Assembly: GCA_965113315.1 (NCBI GenBank) | Contig: OZ220367.1 | Direction: 5' to 3' (one strand) | DNA length: 63,861 nt | DNA from: Podarcis vaucheri | Taxonomy: Eukaryota | In this document: positions 1-11,711 of the stretch, in pieces | Position numbering within the stretch: the stretch's first letter is position 1 | How the letters are laid out: each line of letters begins with the position of its first letter | Position numbers and translations under genes: made by a program | The notes under the pieces: generated by a model | What the model was told of the DNA's origin: nothing | Database searches by the model: none | What the model saw: only the letters and a program-made list of their open reading frames with translations

Positions 1-985
1 TGAAGAATGGGTAGTTTCATATGCAAACTTAATCAAATCTTGTCCCCATTCCTATCCCTGTCATAAATGGAACTAACAGTACATGCCTGCAAATCCAAAA
101 TTGGTCTATACTTATCATTCATATTTTTAAAAGCACAGTCTTTAAAAGCACTAAAACAAGAGGGATTTTCACCTTCTGATTCAGGACTTGTGGCTGCAAA
201 CCTAGTGATTTATAAACAACCATGACAACACCACAAAAGCCACCATGGAAATTCAAAACAAGACAATAATGAAGTCCAAGCTAGGGAAACACATTTGTTA
301 GTTGGTTTATTCATGCATGTGCCTCTGATATGTTATTGATTGCAAAATGTTCCTCCCTAGAGCCTCTTCCACACCTCAGCGAAGTTGCTCATGAGTCATG
401 GATCAAAGAAACGTAAGAAAGAACCGACAAGCAATAAGGCTCATATCACCACCAACATATAAATCAGTCAGCAGGAAAACAACAGTTCAGTCTGTGTCAA
501 TAACAGCACTTTAAGGAACGTGAAAATCACACATTATCACGGTGAGCGCTGAGGAAGCAAGCAGCATCAGAGAACGCTTCAGTGTTTTTCTACTAAAGAC
601 CTTGTTAGAGAGAGCACATGGAAATGAAGGAGCCAACTGCTAGGAATACAGCTTTGCCTCCGCTCAGGTCACTTGCCACTGATTTTATTGCATATGAAAA
701 TGGTTTTAGTGTGGCGATAAAAATAAGGGTGCTGCAGAGAGTGCAGCTGGCTTCAAGACACTCGGAGCTATCCCTGATTTCCTGCACGATAAGCAGAAAA
801 TTAAAGCAAAGACAGTAGCGTGGAAAGCTTGCCGCCCTGGTAGGTTTATTATCAGGACATCGGCTCTTGCTGAGAGAGCCGCCTTCCTGATTCATTGTAA
901 GGCAAGATGGATTAATTCAGGGGCATTATTCCTTGAGCTGGTTTTCCAGAAGTATGTTGGGGGTGGGTAGAGATAGATTTCTGTC

Positions 986-1225
986 CAGTGGTACCTCGGG
1001 TTAAGTACTTAATTCGTTCCGGAGGTCCGTACTGAACCTGAAACTGTTCTTAACCTGAAGCACCACTTTAGCTAATGGGGCCTCCTGCTGCTGCCGCACC
1101 GCCAGAGCACGATTTTTCTTCTCATCCTGAAGCAAAGTTCTTAACCTGAAGCACCATTTCTGGGTTAGCGGTGTGTAACCTGAAGCGTATGTAACCTGAA
1201 GCGTATGTAACCCGAGGTACCACTG
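986..1225 (+). mobile_element. Tc1/mariner (pogo/Tigger-like) MITE, family A (~240 bp)
   Basis: TIR CAGTGGTACCTCGGGTTA...TAACCCGAGGTACCACTG, followed by TA; internal TAACCTGAAGC repeats; 5 more copies in the window. Confidence 0.9.
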
Positions 1226-2265
1226 TACTAGGGATGTGCTTTAGCTCGGTGTAGGGGCTGAAAAATAACACCAGTTGTGGTGATTGTGGGGCCTCTTTCT
1301 ACTCCTCCTGCGTCTACCAACAGAAATATCAGCAGCTCTTCTTCATTCGCAACCTGGGCAGACAACAATTAAGGCCAGAGCAGACTTTTTAAAAAATGCC
1401 ACGATGCCTATTAAGTGTTTCCCCATATATGAAATTGGGTAATAGCCAATTCTGGAAAGCAGCTTGTCAATGTGTTTTAGACTATTCCAGAACAGAGCTT
1501 TGCTTTGACCTTGAATAAGTGGCAGCTATGGAATTGGTACTCCTGGATAGAAACCAGAAGGGACCTACAACTAATTAGAAACACAAAATTTTCCCCTTGG
1601 TATCCACTCTTGAGAAAAGGGATTTTAGAGCTAATTGTCTGACCAAACGCTCACCAATTTCCTGTGTTTCCAAGTGATGCCCATAGTAGTTTTGGATGAT
1701 CAGTACAAGGTCCCATACTCTTTGTATTTGTGGGTAAACTCAGTTGCAAGACATGTTAGCCTGCCCTTATATAGAGATCCAAGAGATTTCTGTCTCAAAC
1801 CTTTCTACACACAGGCAAGCAGGCACACCTCACCAGAAATGGTCCAGTTACTTTTGAGTGACAGTACTAGCTTCATAACACACAGGGGGGCTTGTGCACT
1901 GGCTGCAAAATGGTGCTTCAGACGTTTAATCTGAAATCAAGCTGGATTTGAGTTTGTTGATGTCTCTGGTAACTTTTCTCTCTTACATCATGTATGTGCT
2001 TATTGAGCTTGGGGAAGGAGGCATGAGGCTCTGACAGGATCTTGGAGCCCTCCTGCCTCCTTCCCAAAACCAAGCAAGTGCTTATCAGGCTATGGGAAGG
2101 AGGTGTGAGTCCATGTCCCAATTTTTATCAGCAGAAAGTTGGGGAGGGCATGTGATACAATAATATTGGCCTTGCAGTAAGGCTATTTGGATGTTATAAA
2201 GCCACTGATCTGAAGAGGAATGGGGGAGCTAATGTGCCCCTTGGAAGGCAGATTAATAGCTAGGC

Positions 2266-2401
2266 CAGCCATGGGCAAACTCTGGCCCTCCAGATGTTTG
2301 GGACTACAATTCCCATCATCCCTGACCACTGGTCCTGTTAGCTAGGGATGATGGGAATTGCAGTTCCAAACATCTGGAGGGCCGGAGTTTGCCTATGCCT
2401 G
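2266..2401. mobile_element. Palindromic hAT-type MITE (~135 bp)
   Basis: Near-complete hairpin CAGCCATGGGCAAAC...GTTTGCCTATGCCTG; perfect 8-bp TSD AGCTAGGC (2258-2265 and 2402-2409). Confidence 0.9.
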
Positions 2402-3123
2402 AGCTAGGCTTTTGTAATCTAGGAAGTGTATGAGATAGCAGAGCCACGAAATTTAGAAGACATACGCACTGCTTCTTTTCCTTGCAAGTGAAATGCAACT
2501 TTTTAAAAATTCAAGCCTTGATTAAAAGTTGGTAGGTGGACAAGTGGACCAGTAAAATTACCTTGACAGCCACAGCCAGTGTATGGACTGCCTGTTTGTC
2601 TATCCCAAACTCTCAAACTCCGAATGGAGTCACTGTTCAGATGTCATGCTTTTTTCCATCTATGACCCCATTTATGCAGCATCAACCCACTCAGTTCTTT
2701 ACTTCCCCACACTATAGGATTCCACTCTATTCTTGATGGTATTTGAACATGTCCAGCAGTGACTGAATCTATTTCTATGTGGGAAGACCATTTCAAAGGT
2801 CCATCTAATACAGAAAAAATTGTATCCCATTATATGTTTCATTCTGTTTTGCAGATAGAAAGCAGAGATTTTTATTCCCAAAAGGAAAATATCTGGATTT
2901 GTTAATATTCAGTACAGTTATTAAATACATTGGGTATATTGGAATATCAGCCACACTGGGTACGTGTTATGGATAGGAATGGAAAAGAATTTTGCCCGAG
3001 TCAAATGCAAATATGGCTTTGCCTCATTTTGCATTCTTGTGATCAATGCAGGACTAAAATCTGTAGCTGTAATTGTTCTTTCCTTTCTGTGGTACAGGAT
3101 TTTTTAAAATTGCATCAGCCAAA

Positions 3124-3388
3124 GTCCAAATTTACAGAAGCCGTCCCAGTTTTTGATTTGATCCCAGAAGGTCCCATTTTTCTTTCGGATGTCCCTATTT
3201 TCATCAGAGAAATGTTGGAGACCCCAGAGCCAAGGAGATAAGCAATTATACAACCTGTAGAAGACATCTGAAGGCAGCCCTATAATAGTTTTATTGTTCT
3301 TTGATATGTGTTGGAAGCTGTCCAGAGTATCATCATCATCATGGAATAGGAAGTCCCTATTTTCATTGGAGAAATGTTGGAGGGTATG
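3124..3388 (+). mobile_element. Composite non-autonomous DNA element (TTGGAGGGTATG terminus) containing an L2 3' fragment; left end truncated
   Basis: Terminal block GTCCCTATTTTCAT..GAGAAATGTTGGAG occurs twice, flanking L2-tail sequence (AGAAGACATCTGAAGGCAGCCCT); homologous to 6861-7206 in reverse complement. Confidence 0.7.
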
Positions 3389-3631
3389 CCAAAGGCCAGG
3401 GAAGGGCCAACAGGAATTCTGGGAGCAGGACTGGTGTGTGCACCTCCTTCACACTTCAATCATACATATGCACTTTGAACATCTGAAGGTTAATTGTATG
3501 ATCCTGTAGGTCCTAAGGTTTAGGACACATGGTAGACTCTATATTCCACTAACAAGGGCAAGGTGTCCATGAGACGTGTTGCCTGAGTCAGAAGCCAATG
3601 GGTGAGCATGCTCAGTATTCCTTTGACAGTG

Positions 3632-3693
3632 AAGTCCATGGGCTAACAACTAATGCTTATTAAAGTCTATGGGCTAACAACTAATGCTTATTA
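3632..3693. repeat. 31-bp tandem duplication (2 copies, 1 mismatch)
   Basis: AAGTC(C/T)ATGGGCTAACAACTAATGCTTATTA x2. Confidence 0.95.
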
Positions 3694-4638
3694 AGAGGGT
3701 AATATCAGACTGCATTTTCTCAAGCTATGTTCAGTACTAGGGACTGAAGTTTTGCTACTAGTTTCTCTCTCTTTTTTGTTACAAGCGGCAAGAAATTGAA
3801 ACATTCCACCCTGTCGCTGTTTAAACCTGGCTGTATGATGGGTGCTGTATCTGCAGCTAGTAATTCACTGCTAGATCCCACAGTTTTTCTTCTGAGTGCA
3901 CTTCCCTGAGCTTTCTGTCATGCCCAACTATCAGTAATAGAAAAACCAGCAGTGCAAAATGTTTCAGAGACGGGAAACTCTGCAGAAAAACACACTGGCT
4001 AGGAGAGACCGCTGTTGGAAGAGTGTACGAGAAAATTTGCATTTGATTTGTCAAGATTGACAGGGTATTTTATACCAGTTATTATCACATACATATGATT
4101 TCATCATAATGAAATTCAAAATCTGCGACAGGCGGATGAAACTAGGATGCCTCCGCCAGTCATGTGCTGTTAGTGCCTCTTGAGCCTCACAAAGCAAGCA
4201 AGATGGAATGTCACAAACACATTGGGTGTGTTTGTCTTCTCCTTTTATAAGAGACAAAGCCTTTCTGTAGACTGTCTGAGACAAAGGTTCGGTTCATACA
4301 TGATAGTGTGTTGGATCCAATGCTACATGTGTCTCCACTCATGGGGCACAGCTTCCTCTTCCTCTGCCAGTGCCCCCCCAAACATTTGCTCCACTGAATA
4401 AGACCTTGAGGAGGTACAGGAGAGAGGAGGGGAAGTTCCATTATATTATTAGAAGTCTGTTGTGCATGTGGAACAACAGTGTATCCAAGTGGTTTTCTCA
4501 GGAGGATGCAAGGCTGCCATCATACCCATGACCAAAGGAACTATTTATGTGACCTGTGTGAGGGATCCATGTGTGGCCATAATTGTTTCTGTTACAGTGG
4601 CATCTCAACGTCCATCAGTGTCATGAGCCCTGTGACCC

Positions 4639-5147
4639 TGTCAGGCTCCAGTATGGCTTGGCAGGCTCAGACAGGAGTATGAGGAGGAACTGGGGGGGGG
4701 AGGGAATTGTGGGACTGAGGATGGAGGTTCTCCACTTTACCTGCAGAGTGAAGAGCTTCATTGGGTGGTGAGGAGTGCATCCATCAGGCTCTGGTCATGG
4801 CTGAGCATGAGGCCACAGAGGCTAAATGAGAGCAAGAGTCAGAAGGAGCTGCCACAACTTTGTCGCCAAAGACTAGGTGCCACCTATGTAAATAGGAACA
4901 GACTCACCCACCCAGACAAAGTGTGTGTCTACAAACTTGACATCGGCAAGAGTGGTGCGGAAATCTGGTGTATCTCCATTGATTCCATCCAGTTTTGATC
5001 TTCTGTCCAGACCCAGAACTCTTGACTCCTAATGCTAAGCCTCCTGCAGAGTCTGTAGCCATTACTTGCCTGGATAAAGACCTCTGTGTTACTTGCATGT
5101 AAGAGCATCTCTCATTGTGGGAGATAGGGCAGCCGGTGTTCCTGAAG
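4639..5147 (+). mobile_element. Degraded solo LTR-like element
   Basis: Starts TGTCAGG, has a purine-rich 5' half, TATGTAAATA and GATAAAGAC motifs, and ends near CCTGA; similar in style to 59033-59497; no TSD seen. Confidence 0.4.
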
Positions 5148-5848
5148 GTTTGGTGGCAGATGCAAGGCTCATGTGGAAGCATGGGTTCATACCAATGTCA
5201 CCTCCATAGCTCAAACATGACCACAGCTCTGCCATAAGTGGCAGAAGCACATGGAAATTATTTGCTTTGATTCAACCAGAAACTGCAGGGTGGGGTTCCA
5301 TATTTCCTTGTTTAGAGCAGATGGGAAAGGGGGAGGGATGCTTTATTAGTCCATTTGTTTCATTAGTCATCAGGATGGCATTCCCTTTGCTCTTGATTCA
5401 GAATTCATTTCCATGTTCCCTTTCGGTTTCATTTGCCATTGATTAAAAAGGGAGCCCCGGACAGATTTCTGCCAGCAATTCCATTCTCACTTTTCTTTTT
5501 AGAGGTCCCCATCTTGTAATTTAAAAAGTCTTCCAGAATTGAGACCGTTTGAAGGGCTCCTTCTTCTGATTTGGAGTGAAAGTGAAGCACTCTCCCTTTC
5601 TCACACTGACGCTGATCTTTGCAGGAAGCCAACGTGCAGAGTGACATCCAAATGGAAAAATAGTTAAAAAGAAGAATAACCCACTATATTAGATGGAACA
5701 GAAAAGGGAAGGTTTCCACCATGCTAAGGTGGAAAGAAATTTACAGCTTCACTGATAATGCTAGGAAAATAGAATGCCATCGGTGAAGTTTTTTAATGCA
5801 GGTTGTTGGTGTTTTGTTTTGTTTTGTTTTTACTGTATCCCGCAAAGC

Positions 5849-6228
5849 TAGAGACGTGGGAGAAAGTGTGTTGTGCCTGCATTTCAATGCAGGTCTACCG
5901 AATTAGCATGTCCCAAAATAATGCATGAACTGAAATATAAATGTTATCTGAAATTCACACTTCTCTGAAGTTTGTGGTACCATTCTCCAATCAAAACATA
6001 TGTACTAAAAAAGGATGCTAGAGAAAACTGTGCCTAAAGATGCATTCATTTGCGAAGATAACATATAAAAATGTGTATATAGGGAGAGATGCACACTGAA
6101 GCGCTGATGGGTTTTCCTGGGAACTTTTCATAAACAAACAAATCATTCAACAAAGTAAACTGATGCAAAAAATGTGAACTGAATTGATGTTTGGAAAAAG
6201 GAGAAACATAAATTGCCAGGTTTACCTA
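5849..6228 (+). mobile_element. Old AT-rich hAT-like non-autonomous element (TAGGGATG-terminus family), degraded
   Basis: Shares GAAATTCACACTTCTC and AAAATGTGTATAT blocks with 24112-24435 and 36677-37100. Confidence 0.55.
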
Positions 6229-6860
6229 TTTCTGCAGAAAACCTTGAAAACAACAATGCACATACGCATGCAGAGTGGCACATGCTGCAGACAACTCCTC
6301 TGAATGTGGCTGGTAGGGGCAAGAAAAGGCGAAAAAGAGGCAGTTAAAAATGATAAAAATTAACAGAAAAGAGGAGCAGGTTAATCCTGTTGCTAAACTG
6401 AGTGAAAACCTGAGCTTGGGATACTCAGCTACATTCCCCCCCTCCCCTAGAATATATACTGAAATTGTAAGCTGAACCAGTTTCAATAATGTATGTTCTC
6501 AATTCATTCTTTGCTTTCTTCCACAAATTCTAGGGGAGAAAATGGACAATTGGATCTGTTAGCAATGCAAATGAATGCAGAAAGAAAGTGTCAAGCTGAC
6601 TTCCACAGGATTTCAAAGAGCTGTTTTACAACCAGACAGCATCGAGGGCGTGCTAGTACGTCAGTCGCCTTGCTTATCGCAGAGCAAGTATTATACATGC
6701 CACTTTATGCTATCAAAGAAGTATTAATGGAAGTCAGGCCTGCCTGGCATCCTGAGATCACTCAAGCAGGATAGTTTCTGAAAGTAGCATGTTGCTAATA
6801 TGCAGCACTGCCACTTTCTCCTAAAAATTACACCTGAATTAACCCCCTCTGGCCAAATCC

Positions 6861-7206
6861 CATATCCTCCAACATTTCTTCAATGAAAATAGCAATGTTC
6901 CATTCCATACTGATTGTTTTACTATTTATACCCCACACATCTTACTGGGTTACCCAAGCCACTCTGGGCACCTTCCAACATATATAAAAACATAATAAAT
7001 TATTAAACTTTTTTTTAAAAAAAAATCCCCATATAGGATTGCCTTCAGAGGGCTCGGGGCTGGATAACTCCATAGCCTCCCTCATTTCTGCAATTAAAAA
7101 AGGGACATCGTAAGGAAAAGTGGACATTCCAGAATCAAATCAGAAACCAGGACGGCTTCTCTAAATCAGGAATGTCCCTGGAAAATAGGGGCACTTGGAG
7201 GGTCTG
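6861..7206 (-). mobile_element. Composite non-autonomous DNA element containing an L2 3' fragment
   Basis: Inverted termini CATATCCTCCAA / TTGGAGGGTCTG; internal L2 tail (TATTTATACCCC...GCCACTCTGGGC) and an internal second copy of the terminus near 7070-7110. Confidence 0.7.
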
Positions 7207-7280
7207 CAAGTGAGATGACATAGACATCCCAGTAGTGTGTTAATGGCTGAATGGATCCATAGGTGGTGGGGGAAGCAGGA

Positions 7281-7291
7281 TAATAATGATG

Positions 7292-7345
<54 letters not shown>

Positions 7346-7510
7346 TTATTTATACCCCGCCCATCTGGCTGGGTTTCCCCAGCCACTCTGGGTGGCTTCG
7401 GACAGAATATTAAAATACAATAGTCTATTAAACATTAAAAGCTTCCCTAAACAGAGCTGCCTTCAGATGTCTTCTAAAAGTCTGGTAGTTGTTTTTCTCT
7501 TTGACATCTG
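7281..7510 (-). mobile_element. L2 LINE 3' end with (AAT)n tail microsatellite (7281-7343)
   Basis: TTTATACCCCGCCCATCTGGCTGGGTTTCCCCAGCCACTCTGGG; reverse complement of the L2 tail at ~9330-9528. Confidence 0.85.
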
Positions 7511-9059
7511 GATACAGTCTTGTTAGGAGCTGGTAAGTCAGCCCACATTTCCATAACACCAGAAAACAAAGATAGATTCTGGTTGTGATTAATTATAGCT
7601 TGGCCCAAACTTCCAGGGTGAAATGTGATTTCACAGGATGTTCTAGTCATAGGGGCAGCTGTGATAACAATCAAACAGCAGACAAGCATTAAGATATCGC
7701 TCTTGCCTGCATGCCTAAATACCCTCCCTGGTTCCAACAGTTTAAAAATGGCTTCTGGTTAGAAGCATATCATAGCATCTGTATGTCTTATCCTTTGAAA
7801 GAAGCACAGCAGATCACAGATGCAATTAAGGTACTTGAATCACCAGCCTGGTAGATTTAAGGGCAGTGATAAGGTGTCTTACTGTCTCCCCAGCTGAATT
7901 AAGCTGAAGGCCTGCTTTGCTATTCATTTGTGTGTAATTTCATCAAGGAGAGATGGATCCAGCCTCCTTTTGAACACAATTCCTTTCTGCCAGCCAGCGG
8001 GTCAAACAATAGCATTCATTCAGCTAATACATATGCTAATGATGAAGCTTATATAGAGTTTTAATGCAGTACTACTTGTGGGCTAGTTGGGCTGTAGAAA
8101 CACAGAAGGCATGTATTATTGATCCAGAGGACTTGCACTGGCAGGCTAACACTTACTCATACTCATGGCAGCAATTGTGCATGGAAGCTATTGCTAAATT
8201 TACTCAATTTTGGGGGATCCTGTCCTCTTCCTCACCTGGTGAAAAGCGTACAGTGTGAATTGGACTTCATATGGTCAACATACACTTGAGTTCTGTCTAT
8301 TTCTGCGATTGCAGCAACCTTTTCATTTGGGGAAATTGCAGCCTGCTGGAGACGTGGACAATATCAAGACAATTAAGTGCGTCTGTGATGACATTGTCCT
8401 TATATTGACAGTTACTGTGGAGTGGACAGCTTACAGACCAGATCAAAGAAATAAAGGACATGTCAGTTATAATAGATCTTAAACACATTTGATTATGTCA
8501 ATATCTTGGAACAGAACAATAGACTGGATTAGTATATTGATGGCAGCCAAGCGTTTAGTACAGGTATGGGAATTTTTTTGTTCCCATCAATTTTTGTTAT
8601 CCCATCAGCTCCAGCAAGCATGACCAATGGCCAGGGATGATGGGTGTTGTACTTCAGCAACATCTGAAGGGATAAAGGTTCCCCACACCTAATTTGGTAG
8701 CTTGGCATGGGAAGCAGGTGGATATAATATTGGTTAAAATTTGGTAGTGTGAATGTGGGGGCATTTTCAGAATTTTGAAGTTGACATATCTTATTGGATA
8801 TGAAGAATTCAGAAACCTTCCTAAATGTTTTGGTAATGTAACAGACGGATCTTAAATATAATTGGATCGAGATGATGATGATGATGATGATACAAGCGTG
8901 AAAATACAGTATAGAATAATATATTCTTACATAGAATCATGGGAAGATTGTTTTAGATTCTGCACAACTGTTTTATTCTGCATGTTTCTTATTGTGCATG
9001 TTTAAAATTTATCAGTAAGAAGGCAAGGGTGTGGAGAAATTGTATGCTGTGATTGCATG

Positions 9060-9483
9060 TACAAGAGCCAATTGCTCTCAGCATGAACCACATAACACTG
9101 GTCCTGAAAGACCTACATTGGCTCCCAGTACGTTTCTGAGCACATTTCAAGGTGTTGGTGCTGACCTTTAAAGCCTCAGCCCAGTATACCTGAAGGAGCA
9201 TCTCCACCCCCATCGTTCTGCCCAGACACTGAGGTCCAGTGCCAAAGGCCTTCTGGCAGTTCCCTCACTGCAAGAAGCGAAGTTACAGGGAACCAGGCAG
9301 AGGGCCTTCTCGGTAGTTGTGCCCTCCCTTCAGATGTCAAAGAAATAAACAACTACCAGACTTTTAGAAGACATTATTCAAGGAAACTTTTAATATTTGA
9401 TGAATCATTCATTGTGTTTTAATATTCTGCTGGAAGCCACCCAGAGCGGCTGGGGAAACCAAGCCAGATGGGCGGGGTATAAA

Positions 9484-9528
<45 letters not shown>
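9060..9528 (+). mobile_element. L2 LINE 3' fragment (ORF2 C-terminus, 3'UTR, (TTA)n tail)
   Basis: Translates, with stops and frameshifts, to HITLVLKDLHWLPV...FKVLVLTFKA...LQGTRQRAFSVV, typical of the L2 ORF2 C-terminus. Confidence 0.88.
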
Positions 9529-10424
9529 CCCTAAGCAGTGCACTGTAAAGGTGAAGGCTTTGATTAAAAGGTAGAGTGTGTCCTGCACCCAATCTGATGC
9601 CTTCCAGAAATTTTGGCTGTCAGCTCTCACCGGTCTCAGCCAGCATGACCAATGTCCAGTGATTGTGAGAGCTGTATTCCTGCAACGTCTGAAGGGCACC
9701 AAGTCAGGGAAGGTTGAGAGAGATTGGGAAGGCAAGAGGGTGGAAAGCACTCATGAGGTCGTCACTTTTCCCAGGCAGAACTCCTAAACCTTTAGTAGCT
9801 ACAAGCTCAGTTAAGATTTACTGCTTAGAACCATAGGTCATCCCAATATCAAAACAGTGGCGAATGGCGCAATAAATATATTAAGAAATAAAGCAAAATT
9901 AAGCCTGCATCAATAAAAATGAACTTAATTAAAACCTGGCAGCTGATCCAATGAACAGAATAATTGCTAAGTCCAGCTCAGCCAGTTAGGTATTTTTTGG
10001 CCACAGTAAAACACATTAAAAATATATTCCAAAAGAATCGAAACGATCAAGCCACTTTTGTAGTGTATTCTGTTTTCACCTTGTAAACTTTGTCTCTGGC
10101 CTTGGCTGATGCTAATAAGGAGGTAGCAACTTTTCTCCGTATCCTGATATCCTTGTAAAAAGCTAAGAAACAAAAGTCATTTTGATACACTGGTCAATTG
10201 GGGCTGTTATTTTAAAAGATCAGCCAAGTATTTTCCTCTGACACTTTGGGTCAACGAACAATTAAACAGATAACGGGAAATAGCTACATCACGAAAGGCA
10301 GCCATTCAGGAGGCCTGGCTTTTCTCATCAAAGAGATGCACTATTGAACCAACAGTACTGAGTTCACAAGCAGCAAGAAGTGCAAACCTTTCTTCATGTT
10401 CTCTTTCTTTTGATTTCCCCCACA

Positions 10425-10532
10425 AATATGCCTTTAATTTTATTCTCACAACAAGCTCTCTGAAGTAGGGAAGGCTCAGAGAGAGTGACTTGCCCAAGGC
10501 CGCTCAGTGAGCTTCAGGGCTGAGCTGGGAAA
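10425..10532 (-). mobile_element. MIR/CORE-type SINE fragment
   Basis: CTCACAACAA...GAGAGTGACTTGCCCAAGGCC..CAGTGAGCTTCA, resembling the CORE domain. Confidence 0.6.
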
Positions 10533-11088
10533 TCAGCAGTATATTTCACTATTTCTTTTGAAAGAATGTGTGGCTAGACAAGCCATTAAAATAAATCAGA
10601 AGGAAGCCAAGGACTCAGAAGCGGTTCCAGGGTCCATACAACCTCTCTCTGAGGATTTTGGTATTTTTGCATATCACCTCATTCTCCAGGGCTTCCAGAC
10701 ACTCACCCAGGGTTTTGTTTCCTTTTGGAAATGATGCACTGAGGAGACTGCAGTGTCTTTATGATATATGGTGTATTTACACATGTATACAACCTGAGCC
10801 TTTGATGGAGGGGTTCACAGCATTAACAACCCCAAAAAGGTCTTGCCCACAGCCTGGGATTCAAACAGAAATCAACCATTGTACCGCCTCTCTGGTTCTT
10901 CAGTGTGTTGCTCTTAGGTCACATTACTGCCAATTCTCTGCTCAAGACTTAGGCTTTTGTCCTTCTAACTATCTAAGAGTTGGAGGAGGGGTGCCACCCT
11001 TCACAGAGCACCCTTCATTTTGATCTCTTAATCACCCTTTGTTTGTTTACTTAATGGCCCATCATCTCTGCAATCACCTCCTGAAGAA

Positions 11089-11315
11089 GAACCAGGCAGA
11101 GGATCTTTTTGGTAGTGGCACCCTCCCTGTGGAATGCCCTCCCTTCAGATATCAAGGAGATAAAGAATTACACAACTTTTAGAAGACATCTGAAGGCAGC
11201 CCTGCATTGGGAGGTTTTTAATGCTTGGTGTTCTTAGATATGCTGTAAGCCTCCCAGAGTGGCTGGAGAAACCCAACCAGATGGGCAGGGTATAAATATT
11301 GTTGTTGTTGTTGTT
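11089..11315 (+). mobile_element. L2 LINE 3' end with (GTT)n tail
   Basis: Colinear with the L2 tail at ~9290-9485. Confidence 0.85.
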
Positions 11316-11377
11316 ACAGCAAGGAGCAGAAAAATGAGAAGTCCCACCATGCAAGGAGATTTCCCCTGTGCAGGCAG

Positions 11378-11711
11378 CAGGGCTGGCCCAAGTCATTTGG
11401 ACACCCTAAGGTGAACCACAAAACGGCACCTGCTGCTGCCAGGGAAGATGGGATGAGTGAAGATCTACATTAGGAAGAAGGGAATAAAGACCTACATCAG
11501 AGTGGGAGGAGACCAGTAGCTTCTCCTATTTGCAAAGAGGCCACTGTAGATGCAGCATGGGAGGGAGGCTAAGGAGTGGGCCTCAGTTGTTGCTGCCACT
11601 ACGGCAGCAGGAGCAGGTGAAGCATTCCTTGGAGGCTGGATCAGCTGTCCTTCTGGATCTATGCCACCAGAGGAGGTTGCCTTAACATGCCTCATGGATG
11701 GGCCGGCCCTG
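11378..11711. mobile_element. hAT-type MITE (CAGGGCCGGCCC termini)
   Basis: CAGGGCTGGCCCA...TGGGCCGGCCCTG; 8-bp TSD GCAGGCAG/GCAAGCAG (7/8). Confidence 0.8.
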
